Below, piece after piece: positions 1-13,432 of a DNA stretch of 64,000 nt. Origin of the DNA: Octopus sinensis. Taxonomy: Eukaryota. Position numbers and translations under genes: made by a program. The stretch lies in NCBI RefSeq assembly GCF_006345805.1, contig NC_043000.1, positions 151,404,001 through 151,468,000 of the forward strand, given 5' to 3'. Position 1 is the first letter of the stretch. Every line of letters begins with the position of its first letter. Below the pieces are notes generated by a model. That model was not told where the DNA came from and made no database searches. It saw only the letters and a list, made by a program, of their open reading frames with translations.

Positions 1-1499
1 TTTGGCATTTTTCAAATCTCAAATTATAGAGATAATGACTCACGCGACTCACAGTAGTTACGCAATGATATAACACTCCTCATGGTCCATAGTCTGTGTT
101 TGAATCTAAAATATAAGACTCATCACTGTACATACCCTACACAGTCGCTGTCCGTGACTAAGATACATTAACACCAATCGCATAAAACATATGAAACACT
201 AACTAATCTACAAAAGAGTTTCAAATCGTCCGGACAATAGATGAAATACTAAAATAAGTCTAGGTACATTAAAAGAAATCTCCTGACAAAGCAAAACCGA
301 CGTAGTATACAAATTACAATTTTATATCCCTAAAATATAATGTACACAGCACATGAACACGGTGGTGCAACTGGTGGTGCGGCAGAAACTCGCATAAAAC
401 TGTTGAAAACATTATGTTCGAAAATACAAATATTAAGAGAACCGGGGAACGTTTAAGATGAGAGAACGCTACTTGTCAGCTCTGATAAATATCCATTAAC
501 ACCGATAAAATAACAACGAATCAAATGGAAAAAAAATGACGGAAGCGATGAAGAATAACGGCGTAATTAATACTTGTAAAATTTATTGATCTTTACCTCA
601 TATAATTAATGTATTACAAATGTTCGTATTGACCGGCGTTCGGATACCACGTGTAAATAAACTAAACACGGGTCATATTAGCAACAGACCGATTCAGCTC
701 CCCCTCCACTCACACACGCACACGCACAAATACAAAAGAGATGAACAATGCAAATAAAAAGCGTTTAATTCGCCCACAGTTAAACGAGGAATGTGTATTT
801 TGAATTTGATGCATAAAATGTACGAAAAATGGAGCGTGCAAAACACTGCATCAACGGAATCAGATATACTGGTACCAGACGAAAAACGAAACTGATGACA
901 ATCTAAATAAAAGGTGGAATTTACGCATCAAATCTCGCAAATAAAACAGAAAATGCATAAATGAACATGAGATGAATGTTTCTATTTTACATACATATTT
1001 TCCGTTACACTGCTCTCCCCAAACCGCCATCACCACACACACAAAAAAATGAAACTACGACAATATACTCAAATAAAATTTGGAAGGTAAATAGCCCAGA
1101 TCTAACTCTCGGTCCGAAGAAACCAGTTAACTTAAGATGGTACATCCGCAAGATGAATGAAATATCAAAAATTAGAATAGAACATTTAAAAAAAAAAAAA
1201 AGAAGACTACATTACGAAAACGCAAGTAACGAACACAAAACAATTAACAACAATAAAAAGTTTGAGAACGTAAACCGCGAAGTTAGAATTAACACGTGCA
1301 AAACGAATAAAGTTAAATAATAAAACACGACAAAACCAAATGCTAGAACTACTGACATAATACTGACCAACAAAACCGGGACTAGAACAATATAAACACA
1401 AATAAAAGGAAACATAAGGAACATTTACGAATGGGAAATTCTAAAGGTGGAAATCATGATCATGACAACCTAAAGGTAGAAATAATTCAATAATTTACG

Positions 1500-3060
1500 A
1501 ACAATAGATCTTCCTATAGACGAATGAAAGTACTTCCTAAGGCTAAAACTCTACAATAAAATAGCAACAATATGAAAAACGAAAGCCTGGCCGTCATTGA
1601 TTTAATTAAAACAGTTACAGACATCAAAATCACCAGTCTAAAAGAAATAATGTATGCGGTAGCTACTTTAGTTGCAAAGGAAAGTGTGCACTCCGTCAGA
1701 TCAACTCATATTTCAAAACTCAAGTATAAAAAAAAGAAACAACAAGGAAAAAATACAGAGAAAACAAACAGAAAACAAAAAAGATCCTTCGTGATATCAA
1801 TAACTAAAAGACATGACCACAAAAATAGAACCACATACTAGAAAAATATACCAGGAAAAAAATAACAAAGTATCTGTCGGTATGAAAAGTGACAACGATT
1901 CTTTGTATATAACAAACAGTTCTACTTCAACCCAAGACGATTTTACCAAGAAATAGTTTTTAAAAAATAGGAATCAGATCAGTAGCAACAGCAAAAGAAC
2001 TGGAAGAATTCTAGGTAAGGGTATATGAAACGAGAGACCCGTCCGTTATTTTGGCTGAAATTGTTGAAAACAACGAATACAGCGCCTGAACAATCGTGGA
2101 AGTAGCTCAGACTCAACAAGGCAAATAAATGGAAGGTACCGGGAAATAAGATCTCAAGCTACGAGGTAAAATATTCACTAGGGACACATAAAGTGCTCAA
2201 ATATGTTCAATAAGACACCTGAGAAGAAACCAGATTAATCTCAAGTGCGGAAAGTCTTAAAAGTTACTATCCTATATAACGTGCTACCGAATATATTACG
2301 AAGCATTAACTGCAATATCACAGAAAATAAACATTTGAAAATAAATATTTCAAAGGGGCAGAAGGGTTTTGATGATGTGAAGACTGTAGAAAAAGTTTGA
2401 ACTGGTATAGATTGATTACCAGAAGGCTTTTGATGATGTGAAGACAGTAGAAAAAGTTTGAACTGGTATAGATTGGTTACCAGAAGGGTTTTGATGATGT
2501 GAAGACTGTAGAAAAAGTTTGAACTGGTATAGATTGATTACCAGAAGGGTTTTGATGATGTGAAGACTGTAGAAAAAGTTTGAACTGGTATAGATTGATT
2601 ACCAGAAGGCTTTTGATGATGTGAAGACTGTAGAAAAAGTTTGAACTGGTATAGATTGATTACCAGAAGGGTTTTGATGATGTGAAGACTAGAAACAGTT
2701 TGAACCGGTATAGATTGATTACCAGAAGGCTTTTGATCCTAAAAATGCTAGACTTGAGAAATATATTGAGCCTGTCAACAGTAAATGTCAAACGAGTCTA
2801 CAAGTACAAAGTAAGGAATGATATAAGTTGCGTCTCTATTAGAAGAATATTCGAAAAGGACTCCATTCCTTTACTATCGGGCACAGAAAAGGCTGGGGAA
2901 TAGTAATTAAACCAAATTAGGCTCAGTCACAAATATTATGAGAGAACAATCAGCCACCTTAGTTGACCTCAAGTTGGACGCTGCAGATGGATAAACAACT
3001 ACAAATACTACTACAAATGGTACAGAATTACCAGAGAAATTGTTATGAGATTCGAAGAAT
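1500..3060 (+). mobile_element. Decayed R4/Dong-like non-LTR retrotransposon, RT region
   Basis: Frameshifted RT motifs in the expected order: NKWKVPG (2124, cf. NWKAPGPD), QKG (2359), DYQKAFD (~2717), IRRIFEKDSIPLL (~2838, cf. IRRGIFQGDSLSPLL), ISHL..DLKL (~2949). The 5' boundary is uncertain. Confidence 0.75.
2359..2737 (+). repeat. 61-bp tandem repeat, 6 copies plus 15 bp
   Basis: Unit CAGAAGG(G/C)TTTTGATGATGTGAAGACTGTAGAAAAAGTTTGAACTGGTATAGATTGATTAC starts at 2359, 2420, 2481, 2542, 2603 and 2664. Confidence 0.97.
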
Positions 3061-3689
3061 ATTCCGTTTTTTTTTTCAATAGATCCAACAGTTCTTCCTT
3101 GGCTACTTTGAGTATCTTGCTTTTAGTTTAGGTTCACTTTTGTGGGTCTTTTTTTTTCTTTTTCGTTGTCCCAGATAGTTTTCCGCACCTGTATATTCCT
3201 GGTTTGTTCATCATCGTCTTGCGACGAAGGGATGGAACAACCAGAACGAGACCCCCTCCGATTTCCTGATCGCTGCCTCCTGGTATTGAGGACAAAGACA
3301 GCTTTCCAGCTATCCTAAAAGAAATTACTAGTAGTGTTCTGGAAAGCTTCTATGTCCTGCTATTGTTGTTGTTGCTATTGTCGCTAGCTCTGCTGTTGAT
3401 CGCCATTCGACTCTCTTTCACTGCTTTATTGCATTCTCTGGGGGAAAATCCCACCAGGTGACTGTTACTGCTACGCTCACTGAAACTGGGCTTTCTGCTC
3501 TGCACTCTCACTTTAATGACTTTTTATTCTGCATCCACAGTGAAGTAACAGCTCCAGAATAACTTTGCAGCCTTCAGAATCAGCAGAACGAACTTACATA
3601 TCCATATAGACTCCAACCGATCACGTGTTATTCTTTGTTACATCTATGCGCGCCACCAGCCTGTAAGCTTGACTTACCGGGAAAACCAA

Positions 3690-4390
3690 GTTCCGCTTCC
3701 AATAACCGGGGGCCTGCCTATAAAGTTTATCTAGGTCGATTAAACAAATTACAAATTTGTGGTCTGGATTGTGGACAACCTACGCTAACCCTACAAAAAA
3801 CTCTATCTAGATACGATCTGGAGTTTTCTATGAATTTTCCATGCCTACATGGGCGCATTCGGGAAAATGTAGTGGATATTTGTCAGCCAGCTGAAAACGG
3901 CTGAACAAGTTTGCAAGTTTTTTCCACCTGCCTTTCCTATTTGGTAGCCTCACATATTCTCTTCGTGCATCGAAGATGCCGTTCCGATCATCCACTAGCA
4001 CTAAAAGGTGGAACGTTCAAAGAAAGACTTCCAAAGAAATTTAGCCGCCCCACCTCTGTCTGTAATAGGTTACAAGCCTAAAAGCATGCCCTTCACTGCT
4101 TGCCCTGTCCAAAATCCCTGACTTCTGAGTCCAGAAAGATAATCTGTATCCCAAGATCCAGCCTTTCTCGAAACAACTCGGTTACTCCACCATCCATTTC
4201 CAGCAGACCTAGAGATACATCCAACTATCAGCCACCAAAGATGAGCGCAAAATCTCGTACCTTGGAAATCCCGGTCTCGCTAATAGCCACCACATCTACA
4301 TTTAGTGATCTAAAGTCATTGAATAGGTGTTTCTGCTTCCAAGGCGGTCTCTGGCCATGTGCACTCACTCTGCCTATTCTAGTATGGCCA
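3690..4390 (-). mobile_element. Decayed L1/Tx1-like ORF2 APE endonuclease fragment
   Basis: Minus strand reads RIGRVSAHG..NDFRSLNVDVVAISET, GGVTELFRERLDL, AFRLV, LVLVDDRNGI (cf. GDWN), SRSYLDRVFCR and DHKFV. Confidence 0.7.
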
Positions 4391-5304
4391 TGTTCGACAA
4401 GAGGAAGGAAAGCGAGAAAAGCTACTTTTCTTGAAACGATAGATCTTCCGCCTTTCCGGATTTTTGTGGATGCTTCAACATGCAGTTATTTATATTTATA
4501 TTGATTACTTTCTCCTATTCCCTTGGGATATTTTGTCTTCAATCTGTTATGTTTCTTGTTTCTTTTTTTATAATTTTACTGTGACTTGAGATATTATGTG
4601 ATGGTATGATGTAGTAATTGTGTGTAATAGTTCTGTTAGTATACATTTCGTTACTTCATTATTGTTTGTGTCTATGGCCATGTAGTTGATGTAGATGCTT
4701 TTCTGTCCCTTCGGCTATTTTTGATGAGATGAAATTTTGCATTCCTCAGTTCAGATAAAAATAAAACCTACTTCTAATTTTCTGCATGGGTTTGTGAACA
4801 CTTTTCCACTTCATTTGTAAGCTTCGGTATTTATTGTATCAAAATTTGTACTCTTGGTGGTGGAGGATATGTTTGTTTCAATGTCCTCTCTGTCTTGCTT
4901 GTTCTTTGCTAATGCTTGTAGTGGTGTAAGGCATGGTGTTAGTGGTAGTGTTACTTTCAGGCCTTTTATAATTTATGTTTTTTTCTTGTTGTCATTGCCA
5001 TTGTTATTATACATTGTCTGTTTAATGTAGCATGTAATGGCAAAAATACTATTTTCACAATTTCTCTTCCAAAAGCCATCTCTCTCGATTTGAGAAGCGG
5101 TAATTGCTTTTTAAAATAACGAAATTCGCCATAAAGACACGGAAATTTCACAAAGTTACCTAGCCCTAAAAGATACTAGTTATCTTAATAACAAAAGGTG
5201 CCACAAAAACCAAAATAGTTTTGTTCAAAACAAAAAAATTTATAACTTACGGGCACCAAATCGACGTCTTTCACTCGCAAACATATTAACAATGACAATA
5301 ATTA

Positions 5305-5344
<40 letters not shown>

Positions 5345-5399
5345 TAATAATAATAATAATGGTAATAATGATGATAATGATATTTGCCTTTTTGGCTAC

Positions 5400-6330
5400 A
5401 AGGGCCCAAAACATTGAGAGCAATATAAAAGGACAAAAGACAATAAAAAAGTGGGGTTTGCATCAATTAAAACGAAAACAACAATATAGATGCCACAAAA
5501 GATATAATCAAAATCATAAAAAATTAAAATTCCATCAAAACATTTCAACATGAAAAAATTTCCCCATAACGTAGCAGCCCACCTTAGATAATTCGTGAGA
5601 AATCCCCTACATAATAGCCCGGGATACTCAACCATTTCCAATGCGCCGAAAGTGCCTTCTTCAAGCTTCTTTTCTATTACTTAGAAAAGCATATTCAAGG
5701 TAGGCCTACTTAAACTCGCCAGCCTTGCAACTGTCATTCTCCTTTTCGATAAACACACTAGAAGGGATCACCTCTTTTTCAAGCGGTGCTCAAAGAAATT
5801 GATGACGGCTTGGCCAGATAGGAAGGAACATACTTATCTTCAGACGAATCCAAGACAAAATCTCTTTCACTATACCTACCAAGCAGAAAAGAATTTGTTT
5901 CCCTTCTTGCCAAAAGAAGGTGGAGTGTCGATCTTCACAACAGTCTCAGAAGACAGCCGGATTTGCCCGACATAAGACAGCAACTATTCGACACAAGCCC
6001 ACAAGTCACTAAAGCACGGCTACAGGATGACCGTTCGTTCACTTGCTTGCACCTCGGAAATGTTTGGTTGTTGGCACTTCCATGACTGAAGAAATACTCT
6101 TTCTTTTTCTTTTCTTTTTTTCTTTCGAACACATAAGACCCCACTGAGGCACTACTCTGTCAAGGGCTTTTGGAAGTTGCCCATAGTCCCCCACTTGAAA
6201 GTTCACCAGAACGGATTGTTCAGACGTTTCGTCGCTATCGACGTTCACATCCCAACTAACCCATACAGTTGTTTCTTGCGAATGTTTGTCCAGCTGGAGT
6301 AGTGTTCAAAGTGCGAGGGAGAACACTAGG
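5400..6330 (-). mobile_element. Decayed L1/Tx1-like ORF2 C-terminus (zf-RVT-like) plus 3' region
   Basis: Minus strand reads HGSANNQTFPRCKQVNE..RALVTC (degenerate CxxC..H..C) and LSGQAVINFFEHRLKKR. Confidence 0.55.
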
Positions 6331-6513
6331 TACCAAGTATACAACCACGGTCTACTATTAGCCCATGGTTTCAGCTCGGTCAAAGAGACGAAGTGTGAAA
6401 TAATGATAATAATAATGGTTTCAAATTTTGGCAAAAGACCAGCAGCTTTTTAAGGGGAGGTGTTAGTCAATTATATCGGTTCTGTGAAAGCAAGTGATAA
6501 AATAAGACTATTG

Positions 6514-6534
6514 AATAATAACAACAACAACAAC

Positions 6535-6584
<50 letters not shown>

Positions 6585-6621
6585 TAATAATAATGATGAT
6601 GATGATGATGATGATGATGAC

Positions 6622-6666
<45 letters not shown>

Positions 6667-6670
6667 GATG

Positions 6671-6729
<59 letters not shown>

Positions 6730-6958
6730 CCTACTATAGGAACAAGGCCTGAAATTTTGAATTTTTGGGGAGGAGACTAGTCGATCACATTGACCCCAGT
6801 GTTCAACTGGTACTTATTTTATTGACTCCGAAAGGATGAAAGGCAAAGTCCACCCCAGTGGCATTTCATCTCAGAACGTAGCAATGGGCGAAATGCCGCC
6901 AAGCATTTTGCCCGGCGTGCTAACGATTGTGCCAACTCGCTGCCTTAACAATAATATT

Positions 6959-6989
<31 letters not shown>

Positions 6990-7013
6990 TAATATAATAA
7001 TAATATAATAATA

Positions 7014-7048
<35 letters not shown>

Positions 7049-7100
7049 TAATAATAATGATGATGATGATGATGATGATGATGACAATAATAATAATAAT

Positions 7101-7132
<32 letters not shown>

Positions 7133-7136
7133 GATG

Positions 7137-7192
<56 letters not shown>

Positions 7193-7446
7193 CCTACTAT
7201 AGGAACAAGGCCTGAAATTTTGAATTTTTGGGGAAGAGACTAGTCGATCACATTGACCCCAGTGTTCAACTGGTACTTATTTTATTGACTCCGAAAGGAT
7301 GAAAGGCAAAGTCCACCCCAGTGGCATTTCATCTCAGAACGTAGCAATGGGCGAAATGCCGCCAAGCATTTTGCCCGGCGTGCTAACGATTGTGCCAACT
7401 CGCTGCCTTAACAATAATATTTATAATAATAATAATAATAATAATA

Positions 7447-7486
<40 letters not shown>
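6514..7486. repeat. (AAT)n/(GAT)n tracts containing a ~462-bp tandem duplication with a family-B SINE (6729-6948 and 7191-7410, minus strand)
   Basis: The two SINE copies are near-identical, and the GAT interruption pattern before each is the same. Confidence 0.92.
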
Positions 7487-7848
7487 TGAGAAAATGTGGC
7501 ATCTCAAGGCGGTTACAATACCAGTGATCGTAGGAGCACTAGGAATGATCAAGAAGGGAACCGAAAATTATATGAGAATGATCCCTGGCTTACCATCCCT
7601 GCAAGAAGTGCAAAAGATTGTCTCAACTGGTACATCACACGTATTGAGAAGAGCATTGTCGATGTGAGAACTATTACTACCCATGTATTTTAATTTAACT
7701 TTATTTCAATCAAAAAAAAAAAATGAACGAACTAGTGAGTTTAGTTTAATGACCTACCAATGTATACTATGAGTTTCTTTGCCCTAGGAGTCGGGAAGAC
7801 ACTCGGCAAGAAATGGAAGCAAATTTGAAAGAAGAAGAAAAACCCATA

Positions 7849-7896
<48 letters not shown>
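7487..7896 (+). mobile_element. 5'-truncated Dong/R4-like element 3' end inserted in (TAA)n
   Basis: EKMWHLKAVTIPVIVGALGMIKKG...HVLRRALSM* (RLE C-terminus, stop at 7667), ~180 bp 3' UTR, and (AAT)n on both sides. Confidence 0.88.
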
Positions 7897-7897
<1 letters not shown>

Positions 7898-8501
7898 GAA
7901 TCAGACCAAACACAGACTTTAAGAATAATAAACTAGACAGTACAACACACGAATGACAAAAAACGTTAGAAAGGAATATTACTAACACATAAGAATATTA
8001 TTGCCTTATTTGCAAATGTACAGGGTGATAGATGTCAACACTGTAGCTACTCCTTTAATTAGTTATAATATCCGCAAGTGGTTGTTTGGGAAATTACCAA
8101 GTCTAGACAGGAAAACAAGAAAAAATATTGACAGCATTTAAATAGAATACATCACCAAAAAGCTGGCACAAATCAAATTATAAAGTCACACTAATAAAAA
8201 GATGTTTCTACCACGGGAGAAACATGAAATATCTGAATGATGGTGGTCTCTCGTAGTCCTAGAAAGACGACTTTCTTACATGATTTGCCGATAGTGGTCA
8301 ACTGTATGGGCTGTAAATTACGAGGGTGTATACAAAACGTTCTCTGTGGGTAAACCCGTTGCAGTTCGGGCTTCCACCGCTTGAAGCCACTTGATACGAC
8401 CCTCACGATTCAGTCTGCCTACCGGCGTCGTCGGTTGAAGTCGTAGTGTCACGTGGTACGTCTTTGTGTTGCAGTGCTTCTCCCCTGTTCGTCGATTTCT
8501 G

Positions 8502-8906
8502 ATTTCTTTATTGACCACAAGGGGCTAAACATAGAGGGGACAAACACAGACAGACATAGTTATTAAGTCGATTACATCGACCCCAGTGCGTAACTGGTAC
8601 TTATTTAATCGACCCCGAAAGGATGAAAGGCAAAGTCGACCTCGGCGGAATTTGAACTCACAACGTAGCGGCAGACGGAATACTTATTTCTTTACTGCCC
8701 ACAAGGGGCTAAACACAGAGGAGACAAACAAGGACAGACAAACGGATTAAGTCGATTATATCGACCCCAGTGCGCGACTGGTACTTAATTTATCGACCCC
8801 GAAAGGATGAAAGGCAAAGTCGACCTCGGCGGAATTTGAACTCAGAACATAACGGCAGACGGAATACTGCTAAGCATTTCGTCCGGTGTGCTAACGTTTC
8901 TGCCAA
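8502..8906 (-). mobile_element. SINE family B, dimeric form
   Basis: Two tandem copies of the GCCTTTCATCCTTTCGGGGTCGAT core. 10-bp TSD TCGATTTCTG at 8492-8501 and 8907-8916. Confidence 0.92.
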
Positions 8907-9239
8907 TCGATTTCTGCGGGGGGGACGCGACAGCTGAAACAGTTGTCATGCTTCAAACAGCTTGCAAGGACGCTGTCATGAGCAAAATACAAGTTTATGA
9001 CTTGTTTACACGCTGTAAGAATGATCACTTGTCACTTGAAGACCAACTTCGTCCAGGACGACCGTCGACATTCCGAAGGAATGAAAATATCATGGAAATT
9101 CATGAACTGATCTTGGAGGACCGCCACCGAAAAATTGACGAACTTGTTGCTATGACTGGTGTGTCCTGGATCTCCTGCCAACGAATTTTAAACGAGGAAG
9201 TGCGAATGAAAAGAGTTGCAGCAAAATTTATGCCTATCA

Positions 9240-9643
9240 GCAGTGGCTGTGTGGTAAGTAGCTTGTTTACCAACCACATGGTTCCGGGTTCAGTCCCACT
9301 GCGTGGCACCTTGGGCAAGTGTCTTCTACTATAGCCTCGGGCCGACCAATGCCTTGTGAGTGGATTTGGTAGACGGGAACTGAAAGAAGCCCGTCGTATA
9401 TATGTATATATATGTATATATGTGTGTGCATGTATGTTTGTGTTTGTCCCCCTAGCATTGCTTGGCAACCGATGCTGGTGTGTTTATATCCCCGTCACTT
9501 AGCAGTTCGGCAAAAGAGCCCGATAGAATAAGTACTGGGCTTACAAAAGAATAAGTCCCGGGGTCGGTCGAGTTGCTCGACTAAAGGCGGTGCTCCAGCA
9601 TGGCCGCAGTCAAATGACTGAAACAAGTAAAAGAGTAAAAGAG
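9240..9643 (+). mobile_element. SINE family A
   Basis: tRNA-like head GTGGCTGTGTGGTAAG...GGTTCAGTCCC, internal (TA)n(TG)n, (GTAAAAGA)n tail, and TATCA on both flanks. Confidence 0.92.
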
Positions 9644-9975
9644 TATCATGCTCACGGAAGATCGAAAGCAGTTACGACCGAATACGTGTCGGGAACTGAA
9701 ACAACAATTGGAAGTTGATCCGGACCTCTTTTTCGAAGGTCGTCACTGGTGACAAAAGCTGGTGCCACGGAGTTTTCAGATGTGGAAGTGAAGAAAAACC
9801 GAAGGAGGCATCACTTCGAAGGAGGCATCACTTTTTTTAACAACGAAAAAACAGAGTACAAGACAAACAATACAAGGAATATTCCCCTTCATCAGCTGCC
9901 CCTATTTCGACTCAATGCGTGTTTCGTATGTTTTCGTTTCTCGTTGTGTTCTACGTTTATTTGTGGTGTCCTGTA

Positions 9976-10022
<47 letters not shown>

Positions 10023-10055
10023 TTGTATATATATATATGCTTGTATATATACATA

Positions 10056-10197
10056 TAGTCGAAGAAATTGATCCCAAGATTTATTCTTTGTAAGCCTAGT
10101 ACTTATTCTATCGGATTCTTTCATGAAAACGCTGATAACACCCACATACAGATATACACACACACACACACATATATATATATGCATAGATACATAC

Positions 10198-10239
<42 letters not shown>

Positions 10240-10379
10240 GATGAGCTTCTTCCAGTTTCCGTCTATCAAATTCACCCATAAGGCTTTGGTGGGCCCTAGG
10301 CCATAGAAGAAGACGCTTGCCCGAGGTATCCCGCAGTGGGACTGAACCCGGATCCACACAGCAACACTTGCGCCTATCT

Positions 10380-10430
<51 letters not shown>

Positions 10431-10444
10431 GCATAGATACATAC

Positions 10445-10524
<80 letters not shown>

Positions 10525-10932
10525 TATATAAGCGCAGGAGTGGCTGTGTGGTAAGTAGCTTGCTAACCAACCACATGGTTCCGGGTTCAGTCCCACTGCG
10601 TGGCACCTTGGGCAAGTGTCTTCTGCTATAGCCCCGGCCCGACCAATGCCTTGTGAGTGGAAACGGAAACTGAAAGAAGCCTGTCGCATATATGTATATA
10701 TATATGTGTGTGTGTGTATGTGTTTGTGTTTGTCCCCCTAGCATTGCTTGACAACCGATGCTGGTGTGTTTACGTCCCCGTTACTTAGCGGTTCGGCAAA
10801 AAGAGACCGATAGAATAAGTACTGGGCTTACAAAGAATAAGTCCCGAGGTCGATTTGCTCGACTAAAGGCGGTGCTCCAGCATGGCCGCAGTCAAATGAC
10901 TGAAACAAGTAAAAGGATAAAAGAGTAAAGAG
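10056..10932. mobile_element. Two family-A SINEs head to head: degenerate minus copy 10056-10352 and full plus copy 10531-10932
   Basis: Both match family A and are separated by (CT)n(TA)n. Confidence 0.85.
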
Positions 10933-11225
10933 TATATATCCCTTAAGGATAGCTATACTAATAACTTTGTGTTAGAACTCAATGTACGTATGCTTGAGAG
11001 AAAAGCGATAGTCGAGTACAGATCAGTAACAAGAGATTATATAAATGACAAGGGAATAAGAATGTATGTAATGAACTTCATTATCTTACAGCCGTTTCTG
11101 TGATAAGATGCAATATACTCATAGTTGAGTGCTTAGGTATCACCTTATAAACTGTGTCGGAGTTTTAAAAAAATGAAGTGCTCTAAAGTGAAACAGAAAC
11201 ACTCAACACACACACACACACACAC

Positions 11226-11262
<37 letters not shown>

Positions 11263-11430
11263 GTATTGGTATCCAGAAGGCCTAAGATGGCAGGTAAGGC
11301 TACGTAAGTGCTACGGGAAGGCGGTAGTTAGACTCTCGTTTCGATAATAATACGAATAAGGAGTCTAATGCGAGTCTTGTGTGAGCATGTATATGCTAAA
11401 TAAAATGAGACAACAAAGCCAAGGTTGTAT

Positions 11431-11808
11431 GGAATTTATAGGACATTATAAAGAGAAAGGTAGTCTTACAGCTGTTTCTAGGATATTAGGGATATCCCTT
11501 CATCAGGGACGTAATCTACATACTAGAAGCATTTCTACTCATCCTACACAGAACTTTCCTTGGATAATGAAACTGCAATAGTAACATCCAACATATATTT
11601 TTGCTTTTATATTTATTCTTTATACTTTATACTTTATACTCCCTTTATACTTCCTGTATCCATTCTTTTCCATAATAACTCCTTATATTGAACTCCACTA
11701 TTTCCTTCTAGTTAACTCTCTCATATCGTCTCGGATGAAGGGATATTCCCAATATCTCAGAAACAGATGTAAGACTACCTTTCTCTTTATAAATGTCTTA
11801 TAAATTCC
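11431..11808. mobile_element. Penelope-like fold-back remnant with two divergent hammerhead motifs (11463-11510 minus, 11728-11775 plus)
   Basis: ~80-bp inverted arms. The minus copy reads GTCC-CTGATGA-AGGGATAT..ATATCCTA-GAA-ACAGCTGT-A-AGAC. Confidence 0.8.
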
Positions 11809-11851
11809 ACATTTATTTAATACACATACAAACACACACACACACACACAC

Positions 11852-11887
<36 letters not shown>

Positions 11888-11894
<7 letters not shown>

Positions 11895-12003
11895 CACGTG
11901 ACCGACCAGACCATCAGATGTTGTTACACATCGTTGGTCACAATGCGTTCGCATTGTTTTAGCCTTCGAATGACGCCACCCCGGTGGCTAAGCGAGCAGG
12001 CCA
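11888..12003 (-). mobile_element. Short retroposon tail (family D, probably RTE-derived) in (TA)n
   Basis: The same ~115 bp occurs at 33880-34001 (+) and as the tail of the SINE at 61472-61590. Confidence 0.75.
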
Positions 12004-12029
12004 TATATATATATATATATATATATATA

Positions 12030-12238
12030 CTTTATTTAAAAGCAGCAGAAAATTCAACAAAACCTGTTACTCTGAGTTTCACGTTCCCGTTCGTCGACTG
12101 TCCGACGAACGGGAACGTGAAACTCAGAGTAACAGGTTTTGTTGAATTTTCTGCTGCTTTTAAATAAAGCATATTACTCTACCACTGGTATTTGAGTACT
12201 CTTTTTTCCACATTGTTTCACATTTATGTGTTTACTCC

Positions 12239-12240
<2 letters not shown>
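12030..12240 (+). mobile_element. Penelope-like terminus with perfect 67-bp fold-back and hammerhead variant
   Basis: Arms 12030-12096 and 12103-12169 with a 6-nt loop. HHR motif at 12098-12135. (TA)n on both sides. Confidence 0.82.
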
Positions 12241-12316
<76 letters not shown>

Positions 12317-13432
12317 TGTATGTATGTATATTAAATGCATGATAGTATTGCAAATTTCATACACCAAAAATAATTGTTTACGACTTAAGCACAAGAACAG
12401 CAAATTTGATTGGAGGGGGTTGTTAGTCGATACCATGGATCCGTTTATTTAGACACGTACTTTATTTTATCGGCCTCGAAAATACGAAAGGCAAAATTGA
12501 CTTCGACTGGATTTGAACTATGAATGTAAAGACCCGGAAGAAATGTTGCAAATCCTTTTCTCTGACGCCCTAGCGAGTCTGCCAATCCACCATAAATAAC
12601 AATATGCAGCAACACTGAATGTACTATCAATGCATATAGCTAACCTATCTTTCGGTAAGTTTTTCTCACGGTGTGCAATTTAATCATGACACGATGTTAA
12701 ACATCAAGCTAGCGTGTCCGCTAGGCAGTTCTTTATCTATAGATACCCTATTCTCAACAGCGTTAGTATACTCTGCACATGCACCATCTGTGGCCTTTCA
12801 TGGCGTAATAAAAGTTAGCAGCAGCAACATTAATTACTCAATGGTATTGAATAGTATCGAAATCTTTCCAATCAAAGAACAATCTAGAAAATTCGGTCAT
12901 GCAGTGCATAACAAAAAGTCAATATGATTTCGTAAGTTCTTCACGGTATCGAGTGCCACACGCGTGAGTGAATAACAATGGCTCAAAAGTGGAAAATATT
13001 GTGTATAACAATAGTGTGTGTGTTTGTTAACTGGCAAATGCGTTCTCAAACCTCGGCACAAGCCCACAAATTCTTGATAGGGGAGCGGTCGATTAAAAGC
13101 ACGCTAGTACTTGACTGGTAATTATTTTATCGACCTCGGAAGGATGAAAGGCAAAATTGACCACAACGGGATTTCAATATAGAACGTAAAAAAGGAAAAA
13201 AAAGGACGCAACTAAATGCTACAATGCCTTTTGCTCGCCGCTGTCTATCTTATATGTTCTCTTGGCTCTGGAAAGTGAAGAACCGAGGGTTAAAATACCT
13301 CTCTTGAGTCCTGCGAATAATGAAAAAAAAAGCTTGTGTATCGCTGTAAACAACAGCAACAGAAAAATTATTTATTCAGCGCAGTACTTAGAGTCCAAGG
13401 TGAATCCTATCTTTCTCGTTGTGTTCTTCAAG

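Larger units (their letters stand above)
8321..9835 (+). mobile_element. Internally deleted mariner element interrupted by two SINEs
   Basis: Left end TA|CGAGGGTG. Transposase remnants LEDQLRPGRPST, MKRVAAKF and TGDKSWC. Homologous to 20461-21369. Right end missing. Confidence 0.88.

Noticed and set aside
2359-2737. CRISPR-like array (also considered for 13433-14043)
   Set aside because: No unique spacers, no cas genes, eukaryotic context.
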